44,951 bases of DNA from an uncultured Rickettsiales bacterium (lineage in GTDB: Bacteria > Myxococcota_A > UBA796 > UBA9615), in contig CAZBKF010000006.1 of assembly GCA_964492355.1 (NCBI GenBank), positions 1-44,951 of the forward strand, in the 5' to 3' direction. Below are positions 1 through 10,527 of the stretch, piece by piece. A program made the translations under genes and the position numbers. The notes below the pieces were generated by a model. The model made no database searches. It was not told the origin of the DNA and saw only the letters and a list, made by a program, of their open reading frames with translations. Position 1 is the stretch's first letter. Every line of letters starts with the position of its first letter.

Positions 1-1
1 C

Positions 2-1672
2 GTGACTTCCCCCGCCGTGCTGATCGAGAACACCCCGCCCACCGATCCGACGGTCTCCGTGACCCCGTCCCCCGACGCGGGCCTGATCGACGATCTGATC
101 TGCGCGGCCAGCGGCTCGACCGATCTCGACGCAGACACCGTGACCTACACCTACCGCTGGTCCCTGGACGGCTCGCTGATGCCCGCCTACGACGGGCTCG
201 TGACCGTTCCCGCCGTCGCCACCACCCTGGGGGACCTGTGGACCTGCGAGGGCCAGGCCACCGATGGCACCGCGACGTCGGGCTGGATCGGCGCCACCAC
301 CACCGTCATGCCGCTGCCCGGCGATCTCGTGCTCAGCGAGTTCATGGCCGACTCGGCCGTGGTGTCCGATGCCGCGGGCGAGTGGATCGAGATCTACAAC
401 GCCTCGGGCTTCAACATGGATCTCATGGGCTTCGAGCTGCACGACGACGGCAGCGACTCCCACGTCATCAACACCTCGCTCATCCTGCCCGCGGGGGCCC
501 GGACGGTGCTCGCCCGGAACTGGGACGCGACGAGCAACGGCGGCGTGATCGCGGCCTACGAGTACAGCGGCTTCACCCTGGAGAACGGGGCGGACGAGAT
601 CGTCATCTCCTTCAACGGAATGGAGGTGGACCGGTTCGACTACACCCTGTCCACCTGGGCCGGCATCGAAGGCCACTCGGTCAGCCTGGACCCGGCTCTG
701 GGCCTGCCTGACGCGACAGACAACGATCTTCCGTCGAACTGGTGCGGCGCGATGCTGCCGATCACGTCGGTGGGCAGCGACTTCGGCACCCCCGGCGGCA
801 CCAACGACACCTGCCTGTGCTTCGGCAGCGACTACGACAGCGATGGGTACGGCACGAACCTCGCCTGCGCGTTCATGGACTGCAACGACGCCAACCCGAA
901 CGTGAACCCCGCCGCAGTCGACGTGTGCGAGAACTCGATCGACGAGGACTGCGACGGCCAGGACGCCCTGTGCTCCTGCTCGTCGACGGACCTGGACAAC
1001 GACGGCTACGGAACCGGCGCGGCGTGCAACCCCGTGGACTGCAACGACAGCGACTCCACGATCAACCCTGGAGCCACGGAGCTCTGCAACGGCTACGACG
1101 ACAACTGCAACGTCACCGTGGACGAGGGCTGGGACGGCGACGGCGATGGCTGGACGTCCTGCGGCGGCGACTGCAACGACAACGACAACACCGTCTTCCC
1201 CGGCGCCATCGACATCTGTGATGGCGTCAACCAGGACTGCGACGGCAGCGTGGACGAAGACGCCACCGGAGACGTCTTCGAGCCCAACGGGACGAGCGGC
1301 AGCTCATATTTCATTGGTGGTGACGACCTCATTGTCGACCTCTGGGCCAACTTCCACCTGAGCAGCGACGCGGACGACTGGTACTCGATCAGCACGATCG
1401 ACGACACCGACCTCATCTGCGACCTGTTCTACATCTCGGCCTCGATGGACTCGATCCCGCCGGGCACCGACTACGACATCTACCTCTACAACTCGAGCCT
1501 CAGCCTGCTGGCCAGCTCGATCAACGTCGGGAACGCGAGCGAGTCGTTCTTCTGGGAGCCGGGCTGCGGCTCCTGGTCCGACGACGGCGGCACGTACTTC
1601 GTGCGAGTCGATCGGTGGTCTGGCTACGCCTGCAACGACACCTATCATCTGCAGGTCACCAACTCGAACTGA
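2..1672 (+). CDS. Exported multidomain protein, 5'-truncated at the window edge. Domains: Ig-like repeat, lamin-tail domain (LTD), three Cys-rich MopE-like putative metal-binding repeats, and a pre-peptidase C-terminal (PPC) domain.
   Basis: The ORF is open from the first base, so the true N-terminus lies upstream. LTD signature GDLVLSEFMAD..GEWIEIYN..GFEL (about nt 314-706). Three repeats of D.DGYG...C...DCND....NPGA.E.C.G.D.DCDG (about nt 812-1258). PPC-like tail FEPNG..DDWYSI..YDIYLYN..GTYFVRV (about nt 1271-1660). Confidence 0.8.
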   Translation: MTSPAVLIENTPPTDPTVSVTPSPDAGLIDDLICAASGSTDLDADTVTYTYRWSLDGSLMPAYDGLVTVPAVATTLGDLWTCEGQATDGTATSGWIGATTTVMPLPGDLVLSEFMADSAVVSDAAGEWIEIYNASGFNMDLMGFELHDDGSDSHVINTSLILPAGARTVLARNWDATSNGGVIAAYEYSGFTLENGADEIVISFNGMEVDRFDYTLSTWAGIEGHSVSLDPALGLPDATDNDLPSNWCGAMLPITSVGSDFGTPGGTNDTCLCFGSDYDSDGYGTNLACAFMDCNDANPNVNPAAVDVCENSIDEDCDGQDALCSCSSTDLDNDGYGTGAACNPVDCNDSDSTINPGATELCNGYDDNCNVTVDEGWDGDGDGWTSCGGDCNDNDNTVFPGAIDICDGVNQDCDGSVDEDATGDVFEPNGTSGSSYFIGGDDLIVDLWANFHLSSDADDWYSISTIDDTDLICDLFYISASMDSIPPGTDYDIYLYNSSLSLLASSINVGNASESFFWEPGCGSWSDDGGTYFVRVDRWSGYACNDTYHLQVTNSN

Positions 1673-1782
1673 TCTGATACCGCGCACCTGCGGCACACAC
1701 TGTTCGCGGCTCGACCGCGAGCTGTGGTTGTGGCCCGCGCAGGCCCCCCGTACCCTTGCGCCGCTATCCAGGGGAGCCAGAT

Positions 1783-3318
1783 ATGCGCATCGGAATTCCA
1801 GCGGAAACGGCGAGCGGTGAACGCCGCGTCGCGATGACCCCAGAAGCAGCGGGCAAGCTCGTAGCCCGGGGTCACGAAGTACTCATCGAGGCGGGCGCAG
1901 GGCTCGGCTCACGCGCTACGGACGCCCACTACGAGGCGGCCGGGGCCAGCATCGTCGATGCCGACGGTGCCTGGGGCGCGGAGCTGGTGGTCAAGATCGA
2001 CCCGCCCACGGCCGAGCAGGCGGGCAAGCTCGCTGACGGAGCACGGTTGATCTCGCTGCTCTGGAAGCACGAGGTCGAACCCCTCCTCCCCATCCTGAGA
2101 GAGAAGAAGGTCTCGGCGATCGGGCTGGAGCGGATCCCCCGCACCACCCTGGCCCAGAAGTTCGACGTGCTCAGCTCGATGGCGAACATCGCGGGCTACC
2201 GCGCGGTGCTCGAGGCGGCCAGCGAGCGCGGACAGTTCATGGGTCTGCAGATGACGGCGGCCGGCAAGAAGCCCCCGGCCAAGGTGCTCATCATCGGGGC
2301 CGGCGTCGCGGGGCTGGCCGCCCTCGGCGCAGCCCGGGCCCTGGGCGCTGACGTTCGGGCCTTCGACACCCGCCCCGCGGTCAAGGACGAGGTCAAGAGC
2401 CTCGGCGGCAAGTTCCTGGAGCTGGAGTTCGAGGAGTCGGGCGACGGCGGCGGCGGCTACGCCAAGACGATGAGCAAGGAGTTCATCGACGCCGAGATGG
2501 CCCTCTTCCGAGAGCAGGCCAAGGAGGTGGACATCGTGATCACCACCGCCCTCATCCCCGGCCGGCCGGCGCCGCTGCTGTGGGACAAGGGCATGGTCGA
2601 GTCCATGAAGCCCGGCTCCGTAATCGTCGACATGGCGGCCAGCCAGGGCGGCAACTGCGAGCTCACCGAGACCGGCGTGCGCGTCGATCACAACGGCGTG
2701 TCCATCCTCGGCTACACGGATCTGACCAGCCGGATGGCGTCGGACTCGTCGCGCTTCTTCGCGAACAACATCGTGCACCTCGTCAAGCACATGGAGGCTG
2801 AGGAAGAGGGAGCCCTCGACTTCGACCCCATGGAGAAGACGGTGGGTCCCGCCTACGTCTTGGCGGACGGCGAGGATCCCCCGGAGCACCCGAAGGCCGA
2901 GGTGGTGAAGGCCGCGCCGGCCCCCGTGGCTCAGGTCGCCGCCGAGCTGCCGGTCAAGAAGGACAACAAGGTCGTCAAGGGGCTCGCGAGCATCGCCGCC
3001 GCCGCCGCGCTGATGGGGCTGGGCATGAACGCCCCCACCGAGCTGCTCCAGCACCTGACGGTGTTCGTGCTGGCCTGCTTCGTGGGCTGGCAGGTCATCT
3101 GGAACGTAACCGCCGCGCTGCACACCCCGCTCATGGCGGTCACCAACGCGATCAGCGGAATCATCATCGTCGGCGGCATGCTGCAGGCAGGCGCGACCGA
3201 CACGAAGTGGGCGGTCATCCTCGGGGTCGTCGCCATCCTCTTCGCGGCCATCAACGTCGTCGGAGGCTTCCTGGTCACACACCGGATGCTGAAGATGTTC
3301 CGACGGGACGGGAGGTAG
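1783..3318 (+). CDS. pntA: NAD(P) transhydrogenase subunit alpha (fused dI plus membrane dII-a)
   Basis: [22 protein letters not shown]-terminus, Rossmann motif [13 protein letters not shown], and C-terminal TM helices. ATG at 1783 is preceded by GGGGAG (1771-1776). I prefer it to the TTG at 1756 used by the ORF track. Confidence 0.93.
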   Translation: MRIGIPAETASGERRVAMTPEAAGKLVARGHEVLIEAGAGLGSRATDAHYEAAGASIVDADGAWGAELVVKIDPPTAEQAGKLADGARLISLLWKHEVEPLLPILREKKVSAIGLERIPRTTLAQKFDVLSSMANIAGYRAVLEAASERGQFMGLQMTAAGKKPPAKVLIIGAGVAGLAALGAARALGADVRAFDTRPAVKDEVKSLGGKFLELEFEESGDGGGGYAKTMSKEFIDAEMALFREQAKEVDIVITTALIPGRPAPLLWDKGMVESMKPGSVIVDMAASQGGNCELTETGVRVDHNGVSILGYTDLTSRMASDSSRFFANNIVHLVKHMEAEEEGALDFDPMEKTVGPAYVLADGEDPPEHPKAEVVKAAPAPVAQVAAELPVKKDNKVVKGLASIAAAAALMGLGMNAPTELLQHLTVFVLACFVGWQVIWNVTAALHTPLMAVTNAISGIIIVGGMLQAGATDTKWAVILGVVAILFAAINVVGGFLVTHRMLKMFRRDGR

Positions 3319-3322
3319 TCCG

Positions 3323-4726
3323 ATGCCTGCTTCAATGCTGACAGTCGTCTACCTCGTCGCCGGGGTCCTCTTCATCATGAGCCTGAGCGGCCTCGCCTCT
3401 CAGGAAACAGCCCGCAAGGGCAACGTGTACGGAATGTTGGGCATGTTGCTCGCCATCGTGGCGACGGCCCTGGATGAGCGCATCGCGCTGGAGGTCTCCC
3501 TCATCGGCGGCCTCGCAGTCGGCGGCCTCATCGGCGGGGTGATGGCGACCCGGGTCGTCATGACGTCCATGCCCCAGATGGTGGCGCTCCTGCACTCCTT
3601 CGTCGGTCTGGCGGCGGTGCTGGTCGGCATCTCGACCCACATCGACTCGGCGGTGGCCGTGGCCGAAGGCGGACACTTCGTGCACGCGATCGAGGTCTGG
3701 CTCGATGTCGGCATCGGCGCGATCACGTTCACCGGCTCCGTGGTGGCGTGGGCGAAGCTCGACGGACGCCTCTCGGGCCGTCCCCTGCTCCTCCCCGGAC
3801 GGCACCTGCTCAACGGCGGGCTGGTCGCCTTCGTGGTGCTCGCGGCGGTGCCCTACGCCCACGCGACCGAGACCGGGGGAGGCCTGGCCCTGCTCCTGGC
3901 CGCGGCGGTGGTGTGCGGGATCATCGGCTGGCACCTCGTGATGGCCATCGGCGGCGCGGACATGCCCGTCGTCGTGTCCCTGCTCAACAGCTACTCCGGT
4001 TGGACCGCCGCGGCGGCCGGCTTCATGCTGTCGAACGACGCCCTGATCGTGACCGGCGCCCTGGTGGGCAGCTCCGGCGCGATCCTCAGCTACATCATGT
4101 GCAAGGCGATGAACCGGTCGATCTGGAACGTCGTGTTCGGTGGATTCGGTACTGCCGACTCCGGTCCTGCGCCCACGGGCGAGAAGGTCGACCTGTCCAA
4201 GCTGGTGACCCAGACGAGCCCCACGGAGCTGGCGGGCGCCCTCGGCGATGCCAGCAGCGTCGTCATCGTTCCCGGCTACGGAATGGCCGTGGCCCGGGCC
4301 CAGCACACCGTCGAAGAGCTGACCACCATCCTGCGGGGTCGTGGGGTCGAGGTCCGCTACGCGATCCACCCGGTCGCGGGGCGGCTGCCGGGCCACATGA
4401 ACGTGCTGCTGGCCGAGGCCGGCGTGCCCTACGACATCGTCCTGGAGATGGACGAGATCAACGAGGACATGCCGGACACGGACTTCGTGCTGGTCGTCGG
4501 TGCGAACGACATCGTCAACCCGTCTGCCCAGACGGACACGACCTCGCCGATCTACGGCATGCCAGTGCTCGAGGCCTGGAAGGCCGGGCAGGTCGTGATC
4601 CTCAAGCGGGGCCTCGGTGCGGGCTACGCCGGCGTCGCCAACCCCCTGTTCTTCGGGGACAACACCGACATGCTGTTCGGTGACGCGAAGGACTCGGTGG
4701 GCAAGCTGGTCGCCGCGCTCCGGTAG
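3323..4726 (+). CDS. pntB: NAD(P) transhydrogenase subunit beta
   Basis: Polytopic N-terminal half plus dIII motifs [11 protein letters not shown] and [27 protein letters not shown] (3311-3315) sits inside the pntA 3' end. The gap to pntA is 4 nt. Confidence 0.95.
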   Translation: MPASMLTVVYLVAGVLFIMSLSGLASQETARKGNVYGMLGMLLAIVATALDERIALEVSLIGGLAVGGLIGGVMATRVVMTSMPQMVALLHSFVGLAAVLVGISTHIDSAVAVAEGGHFVHAIEVWLDVGIGAITFTGSVVAWAKLDGRLSGRPLLLPGRHLLNGGLVAFVVLAAVPYAHATETGGGLALLLAAAVVCGIIGWHLVMAIGGADMPVVVSLLNSYSGWTAAAAGFMLSNDALIVTGALVGSSGAILSYIMCKAMNRSIWNVVFGGFGTADSGPAPTGEKVDLSKLVTQTSPTELAGALGDASSVVIVPGYGMAVARAQHTVEELTTILRGRGVEVRYAIHPVAGRLPGHMNVLLAEAGVPYDIVLEMDEINEDMPDTDFVLVVGANDIVNPSAQTDTTSPIYGMPVLEAWKAGQVVILKRGLGAGYAGVANPLFFGDNTDMLFGDAKDSVGKLVAALR

Positions 4727-6148
4727 TCAGCGCATCGTCGGCACGAACGGCGAGCTGCCCCGGACGTTCGGGTCCACCCTGAGGGGAGCCCCCGTCTGGG
4801 GGAAGGCCCGCTGCTCGCACAGCTCCCGGGGGCACAGCCGGCAGGTCACCCCGATCGGCACGACCCGGGCGGCCTTCTGCAGGTCCACGCCGTCGCTGTA
4901 GACCAGCCGGTCGGCGTGCTCCAGCGCCACCCCCATGCCGATCGCGTGCACCGTGTGAGCCGCCTTGAAGCCGCCGTGCCCTTTCCGGATGGTGCGGGCG
5001 AGGCAGAAGAACTCCCCACCATCGGGCATCTGCGACAGCTGCACCCGGATGCGATCGGGGTGCTGGAAGGCGCGGTAGACGTTCCACAGCGGGCAGCCCG
5101 CCCCGAACCGGGGGAAGCGGATCCCCGTGGCGCTGAAGTGCTTGCTGATGTTGCCCGCGATGTCGACCCGCACCAGGTGCCAGGGCAGCCCTTCGTTGCC
5201 GGGCCGGCGCAGCGTCGTCATGCGGTGACAGACCTGCTCGAAGCTGGTGCGGAAGTGGTGCCCCAGGAGCTCCACGTCCCAGCGCACCGCCTCGGCCTGG
5301 TCCTTGAACTGCTGATAGGGCATCAGGGTGGAGCCGGCGAAGTAGTTGGCGAGAGCAACCCGGCCCAGCTCGTGGCTCCCGGGGCTGTCCAGGATCGAGC
5401 TGCTGCACAGCTTGTCCAGGACATCACCGCAGCCCAGGAGCGCGAGCTGGTGGGCGAGCTGGAAGTTCATGGACCGGGGCGGGAGCACCCGGGACAGCAG
5501 CAGGCGGCGACGGCGGGGGTCGTAGCGGCGCACCGAGCCCTGCATGGAGCCGATGGGCCTCACCTCCACCTGGATCGAGTGGTGGTGCTCGAGCCACCCC
5601 ACCAGCCCCGCGAACAGGTCGTTCGCGTCGAACCTGGCGTCCCGCCACAGCCGCTCGGCGGCCTCCTCCAGCTCCGGGAAGTAGTTCATGCGGTCCTGGA
5701 TGAGATCGCTGACCTCCTCGGACGGGAGCCGGCCGGCGGCGATGCCGGGGCCGTCGCTGGCGCCCGCGTCCGGGGCCTCCGTGCCTCGGGAGCGCAGCCA
5801 GGTGCCGTAGAGCTTCACTACCGCTCGGGCCATCTCGGGATGGATGGTGGCGAACTCCCGCAGGTCCCGGGTCGTGAAGTCCGGGTCGTCGAAGACGGGA
5901 TCGCCGAAGACCTCGAGCAGGTCCTCGACCAGCCTTCGGTCGTCGTCCGCGGCGAAGCTGGTGACGTCCAGCTGGAAGAGCTGGGCGAGCTTGATGAGCA
6001 GGGGCGCGGTCAGGGGCCGGTTGTTGTGCTCGATGAGGGTCAGATAGGAAGCGCTGATGCCGAGGCGCTCCGCGAGCTCCCTCTGGGTGAGTTCTTCGCG
6101 GCGCCGCAAGGCGCGCAGCTTCGTACCCAGGCGAGGTCCTTCGCTCAT
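4727..6148 (-). CDS. XRE-family HTH regulator with a degenerate ImmA/IrrE domain and a Cys-rich C-terminal domain (RamB/PrpR, short-chain fatty acyl-CoA regulator type)
   Basis: HTH LTQRELAERLGISASYLTLIEHNNR. Degenerate HExxH (AHQLA). C-terminal cysteines (CHRM.., GAGCPLWN, FFCLAR, CRLCPRELC). It is divergent from aceB-aceA. ATG at 6148 is preceded by GGAGGA, which I prefer to the ORF-track start at 6166. Confidence 0.85.
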   Translation of the reverse strand: MSEGPRLGTKLRALRRREELTQRELAERLGISASYLTLIEHNNRPLTAPLLIKLAQLFQLDVTSFAADDDRRLVEDLLEVFGDPVFDDPDFTTRDLREFATIHPEMARAVVKLYGTWLRSRGTEAPDAGASDGPGIAAGRLPSEEVSDLIQDRMNYFPELEEAAERLWRDARFDANDLFAGLVGWLEHHHSIQVEVRPIGSMQGSVRRYDPRRRRLLLSRVLPPRSMNFQLAHQLALLGCGDVLDKLCSSSILDSPGSHELGRVALANYFAGSTLMPYQQFKDQAEAVRWDVELLGHHFRTSFEQVCHRMTTLRRPGNEGLPWHLVRVDIAGNISKHFSATGIRFPRFGAGCPLWNVYRAFQHPDRIRVQLSQMPDGGEFFCLARTIRKGHGGFKAAHTVHAIGMGVALEHADRLVYSDGVDLQKAARVVPIGVTCRLCPRELCEQRAFPQTGAPLRVDPNVRGSSPFVPTMR

Positions 6149-6174
6149 CGTTCCTCCAGGGTTCACAGCACTGT

Positions 6175-6210
6175 AAGGTAATTTACACCTTCACATCTAT
6201 TTCATGTCAA
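6175..6210 (-). promoter_or_regulatory. Candidate sigma70-type promoter for the RamB-like regulator, with an overlapping short palindrome
   Basis: On the minus strand: TTGACA (complement of 6205-6210), a 19-nt spacer, then TAAATT (complement of 6180-6185), about 30 nt upstream of the ATG at 6148. The palindrome AAGGT-N7-ACCTT (6175-6191) overlaps the -10. The site lies in the most AT-rich stretch of the window. The 19-nt spacer is longer than optimal. Confidence 0.35.
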
Positions 6211-6323
6211 CGCTGTGCTTTCCTGACTACGTCTTGGTCCTGCGAATCTGGCGCGCCATCGTGTCCCCACGCCGCTGGTGACGCCCCTGCCGGGCCCCCA
6301 ACGCCAGCGCGCGCGGAGCCCCC

Positions 6324-7976
6324 ATGGAGCCTGCCGCCCGCCCTGGTTCGACGTCGCTGTCCACCCCCAGCCGGCCGCAGTTGACGGTGGTGGGGCCGGC
6401 GCAGCCCGCCTTCGAGAGCATCCTGACGCCCCCTGCCTTGGCGTTCCTGACCGAGCTGGTCGTGCGCTTCGGCCCCCGTCGGGCGCGACTGCTGGAGGAC
6501 GCCCGCGAGGCCGCCCACGCCCGCTTCCGGGCCGGCGAGAAGCCCTCGTTCGACCCCGAGACGAAGGCCATCCGGCAGGGCGACTGGACGGTGGCTCCCC
6601 TCCCCGCGGACCTGCTCGACCGCCGGGTCGAGATCACTGGCCCCGTGGACCGGAAGATGATCATCAACGCGCTCAACTCGGGCGCGAGCGTCTTCATGGC
6701 GGACTTCGAGGACAGCACGGCCCCCACCTGGGGCAACCTCATGGAGGGTCAGGTCAACCTTCGGGACGCGGTCCTGGGCACGATCGACTTCACCCACCCC
6801 CGCACCGGCAAGGCCTACTCCCTGAACGAGACGACGGCGACGCTGATGGTGCGGCCCCGAGGCTGGCACCTGCCCGAGCACAACATCCTGCTCGACGGCG
6901 AGCCCACCTCGGGGTCCCTCGTGGACTTCGGGCTGTTCTTCTTCCACAACGCGCAATCGCTCGTGGCCAGCGGCTCCGGCCCCTACTTCTACCTCCCGAA
7001 GCTCGAGCACTGGCGCGAGGCAGAGCTCTGGAACGACGTCTTCGTCTTCGCCCAGAAGCACCTGGACATCCCGGTCGGCACGATCAAGGCGACCGTGCTC
7101 ATCGAGACGCTGACGGGCGCGTTCCACATGGACGAGATCCTGTACGCGCTGCGCCAGCACTCGGCGGGGCTCAACTGTGGCCGCTGGGACTACATCTTCA
7201 GCGTCATCAAGACCCTGGGGCACGATCCCTCGTTCGTGCTGCCCGACCGTGCGGCCATCGGCATGACCCAGACGCTGATGCGCAGCTACAGCCGCCACGT
7301 GATCCGCACCTGCCACCGCCGCGGTGTGCACGCGATGGGTGGCATGGCGGCCCAGATCACTATAAAGACCGAGGTCGCCGCGAAGTCGGGGGGGATCGCC
7401 AAGGTCCGGGCGGACAAGGAGCGGGAGGTCACCGACGGCCACGACGGCACCTGGGTGGCGCACCCGGGACTCGTCCCCCTCGCCCGGGAGGTGTTCGACG
7501 AGGGCATGCCCCAGGACAACCAGCTGGACGTGGCGCTCCCCGCCGTGGACGAGGCGACGCTGACCGCCGAGCTCCTCCAGCTGCCCGAGGGACCGCGCAC
7601 CGAGGCTGGCCTGCGCCAGAACGTGAACGTGGGCCTGCTGTACCTCGAGGCGTGGCTGCGGGGCTCCGGTTGCGTGCCGCTCTACAACCTGATGGAGGAC
7701 GCGGCCACCGCCGAGATCTCCCGGACCCAGCTCTGGCAGTGGGTCAGGCACGGTGCGCCTCTGGATGATGGCCGCACGATCACCCCTGAGCTGTTCAGCC
7801 AGGTGCTGGCCGAGGAGCTGGACACCATCGCCGGCGCGGTGGGCCCCGAGCGCTTCGACGGCGGCCGCTTCTCCGAGGCCCGAGACCTCTTCCTGGCCCT
7901 GGTGCTGGACCAGGACCTCGCCGACTTCCTCACCCTCCCCGCATACGACCTGCTCGCGACCACGACCGCGAACTGA
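6324..7976 (+). CDS. aceB: Malate synthase A
   Basis: Motifs [35 protein letters not shown] and TWVAHPG. GGAG lies 5 nt upstream of the ATG. Confidence 0.95.
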   Translation: MEPAARPGSTSLSTPSRPQLTVVGPAQPAFESILTPPALAFLTELVVRFGPRRARLLEDAREAAHARFRAGEKPSFDPETKAIRQGDWTVAPLPADLLDRRVEITGPVDRKMIINALNSGASVFMADFEDSTAPTWGNLMEGQVNLRDAVLGTIDFTHPRTGKAYSLNETTATLMVRPRGWHLPEHNILLDGEPTSGSLVDFGLFFFHNAQSLVASGSGPYFYLPKLEHWREAELWNDVFVFAQKHLDIPVGTIKATVLIETLTGAFHMDEILYALRQHSAGLNCGRWDYIFSVIKTLGHDPSFVLPDRAAIGMTQTLMRSYSRHVIRTCHRRGVHAMGGMAAQITIKTEVAAKSGGIAKVRADKEREVTDGHDGTWVAHPGLVPLAREVFDEGMPQDNQLDVALPAVDEATLTAELLQLPEGPRTEAGLRQNVNVGLLYLEAWLRGSGCVPLYNLMEDAATAEISRTQLWQWVRHGAPLDDGRTITPELFSQVLAEELDTIAGAVGPERFDGGRFSEARDLFLALVLDQDLADFLTLPAYDLLATTTAN

Positions 7977-8008
7977 ACCACCCCACGTTCTCCGAAAGGG
8001 ACTGCTCC

Positions 8009-9328
8009 ATGCCTCTCGAGACCACCCCGACCGACCACGACAACGTCCTCGACGTCGACACCCCCGACACCGCGGACAACTTCCCCTACACCGGCTCCCG
8101 CTGGGAGGGCATCGTCCGCAACTACAGCTACGCGGACGTGCTCAAGCTCCGGGGCTCGGTGCGCATCGAGCACACCCTGGCCACCCTGGGCGCCCGCCGG
8201 CTCTGGAAGCTCATGGAGGAGCAGCCCTACGTGAACGCCCTGGGGGCGCTGACCGGGAACCAGGCGGTGCAGCAGGTGCGCGCGGGGCTGCAGGCCATCT
8301 ACCTGTCGGGCTGGCAGGTGGCGGCCGACGCGAACCTCTCGGGCCACATGTACCCCGACCAGTCGCTCTACCCGGCCAACTCGGTTCCCATGGTGGTCAA
8401 GCGCATCAACCAGGCCCTGCAGCGGTCCGACCAGATCGAGCACGCCGAAGGCAACGTGGAGCGCAACTGGTTCGCGCCGATCATGGCCGACGCCGAGGCC
8501 GGCTTCGGCGGTCCCCTGAACGCCTACGAGCTCATGAAGCAGATGATCGAGGCGGGCGCCGCGGGCGTGCACTTCGAGGACCAGCTCAGCTCCGAGAAGA
8601 AGTGCGGACACCTGGGCGGCAAGGTCCTGGTGCCCACGTCCCAGTTCATCCGCACCCTGACCTCGGCGCGGCTCGCCGCCGACGTGCTCGGTGTGCCGAC
8701 CATCCTCGTGGCCCGCACCGACGCGAACTCCGCGAAGCTGATGACCAACGACATCGACGAGCGGGACGAGCCGTTCATCACCAGCCGTGAGCGCACGCCG
8801 GAGGGCTTCTTCCGGGTCACCGGCGGCCTCGACATGGCCATCGCTCGGGGCCTCGCCTACGCGCCCTACGCCGATCTGATCTGGTGCGAGACGGGCAAGC
8901 CGGACCTGGAGGAGGCGCGGATCTTCGCCGAGGCGATCCACGCGGAGTTCCCGGGCAAGAAGCTGGCCTACAACTGCTCGCCGTCCTTCAACTGGAAGCG
9001 CCACCTGGACGACGAGACCATCGCGAAGTTCCAGCGTGAGCTGGGAGCCATGGGCTACTCGTTCCAGTTCATCACCCTGGCCGGCTTCCATGCCCTGAAC
9101 CTGTCGATGTACGAGCTGGCGACGGCCTACAGAGACGAGGGCATGAGCGCCTACAGCCGGCTGCAGGTCAAGGAGTTCGCCACCGAGGGTTACACCGCGG
9201 TGCGGCACCAGCGCGAGGTCGGCACCGGCTACTTCGACGAGGTGAGCAAGGTGATCACGGCGGGTCAGGCGAGCACGCTGGCCCTGGGCGAGAGCACCGA
9301 AGCGGAGCAGTTCTCCGCCACCCACTGA
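8009..9328 (+). CDS. aceA: Isocitrate lyase
   Basis: Catalytic loop KKCGHLGGK, plus ARTDA and NCSPSFNW. It lies 32 nt downstream of aceB. Confidence 0.96.
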   Translation: MPLETTPTDHDNVLDVDTPDTADNFPYTGSRWEGIVRNYSYADVLKLRGSVRIEHTLATLGARRLWKLMEEQPYVNALGALTGNQAVQQVRAGLQAIYLSGWQVAADANLSGHMYPDQSLYPANSVPMVVKRINQALQRSDQIEHAEGNVERNWFAPIMADAEAGFGGPLNAYELMKQMIEAGAAGVHFEDQLSSEKKCGHLGGKVLVPTSQFIRTLTSARLAADVLGVPTILVARTDANSAKLMTNDIDERDEPFITSRERTPEGFFRVTGGLDMAIARGLAYAPYADLIWCETGKPDLEEARIFAEAIHAEFPGKKLAYNCSPSFNWKRHLDDETIAKFQRELGAMGYSFQFITLAGFHALNLSMYELATAYRDEGMSAYSRLQVKEFATEGYTAVRHQREVGTGYFDEVSKVITAGQASTLALGESTEAEQFSATH

Positions 9329-9347
9329 GTCACGCAGCGGCTCCCGA

Positions 9348-10487
9348 TCAGGGGGCTTCGTCCAGGAGCTTGATGAATCCCCCGGCGGTCATCCGCTGGG
9401 GGATCATCTTCATCACCGCGCCCCTCACCCAGCAGGCCACCGGGTGCTCCCACTGGCCGATCTGGCCGATGCGTCGGCTCCGGGAGCGGACCCACGCCAC
9501 CCGACTGCGGCGCAAGGACTCGTAGCCGGCGAGGGCGACGCGCACGTCGTCCGCCTCGTCGAGGCAGCGAGCGAGCACCAGCGCATCCTCCATCGCCATG
9601 CCCGCGCCCTGGCCCATGTTCGGGGTCAGGGCGTGAGCGGCGTCCCCGATGAGGGCGATCCGCCCCTTGGTCCAGCTGTCCTGCTCGACCTCCTCGATGT
9701 CGCAGCGATGCAGGCAGGCCTCGTCGGTGAGCAGGCCGAGCATGGCGGGCACGTCGCCCCCGAACCGGTCGAAGCGCTCCTTGAACCGAAGGAGGCGCTC
9801 CCCGGGCTCGTCCGCGCCTCGGGCCGGGGCGTTGGCGGTGGCGAAGCAGTAGGCCCGGCCCACCTCGATGGGCACGATGCCGAACCGGCGACCCGCCCCC
9901 CACATCTCGACCACGTGGCGCAGCGGCAGGTCGTGCTCGACCACGAAGCGCCAGCAGCTGTAGCCCGAGTAGCGAGGCGGATTGGGGCCGAACACCAGGT
10001 CCCGCACCGCTGAACGGATCCCGTCGGCGCCGATCACCGCGTCGTAGCGCTCCCGTTGGCCCGTCGAGTCCACCACCAGGGCCTGGTCACCGTCGGTCAC
10101 CACCTCCCGGACGGTCGTGCCCAGGCGGACCCTCGCTGAGCCGAGCGCTCCTCTGAGCTCCTCGTGGAGGATCGCCCGGTGCAGGGCCACGAGCCCTCCG
10201 AATCGATCCCCCACCTCCGCCGAGTCGAGCTCGCTGAGGCGCGTGCCCTCAGCGTTGGCGATGACCGTGATGTCCGGTAGGAACCCCCGGGCCCGCAGCC
10301 CGTCGTCGATGCCCAGGACCTGGGCCACCCGCATCGCGTTGGGGGCCAGCACGATCCCCGCTCCGACCGCTTCCCAGGCGGGAGCGCGCTCCAGCACGGT
10401 GACGTCGTGTTCGTTCGCCGACAGCAGGCCCGCGAGCGTGAGCCCGCCGATCCCTCCTCCGACGATGCAGACCCTGAAGCGGGGCAC
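9348..10487 (-). CDS. FAD-dependent aromatic-ring monooxygenase (UbiH/salicylate hydroxylase class)
   Basis: N-terminal GxGxxG (IVGGGIGGLTLAG) and the GD/DG motif GDAAHALTPNMGQGAGMAMEDA. GTG start with GGAGGG 4 nt upstream. Confidence 0.85.
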   Translation of the reverse strand: MPRFRVCIVGGGIGGLTLAGLLSANEHDVTVLERAPAWEAVGAGIVLAPNAMRVAQVLGIDDGLRARGFLPDITVIANAEGTRLSELDSAEVGDRFGGLVALHRAILHEELRGALGSARVRLGTTVREVVTDGDQALVVDSTGQRERYDAVIGADGIRSAVRDLVFGPNPPRYSGYSCWRFVVEHDLPLRHVVEMWGAGRRFGIVPIEVGRAYCFATANAPARGADEPGERLLRFKERFDRFGGDVPAMLGLLTDEACLHRCDIEEVEQDSWTKGRIALIGDAAHALTPNMGQGAGMAMEDALVLARCLDEADDVRVALAGYESLRRSRVAWVRSRSRRIGQIGQWEHPVACWVRGAVMKMIPQRMTAGGFIKLLDEAP

Positions 10488-10527
10488 GGTCCCTCCAGCC
10501 CCAGGATAGCGGGGGCCCCGCTGCTGC

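Noticed and set aside
1704-1720. A hairpin TCGCGG-ctcga-CCGCGA after the first gene, considered as a possible terminator.
   Set aside because: The stem is only 6 bp and there is no U-tract. It cannot be distinguished from the chance secondary structure common in 70% GC DNA.
6345-6351. GGTTCGA strings resembling tRNA T-loops (also at 21890-21896), checked as possible tRNA or tmRNA genes.
   Set aside because: The flanking bases do not form T-stem pairing. There is no acceptor or anticodon arm structure, and both sites lie inside well-supported CDS.
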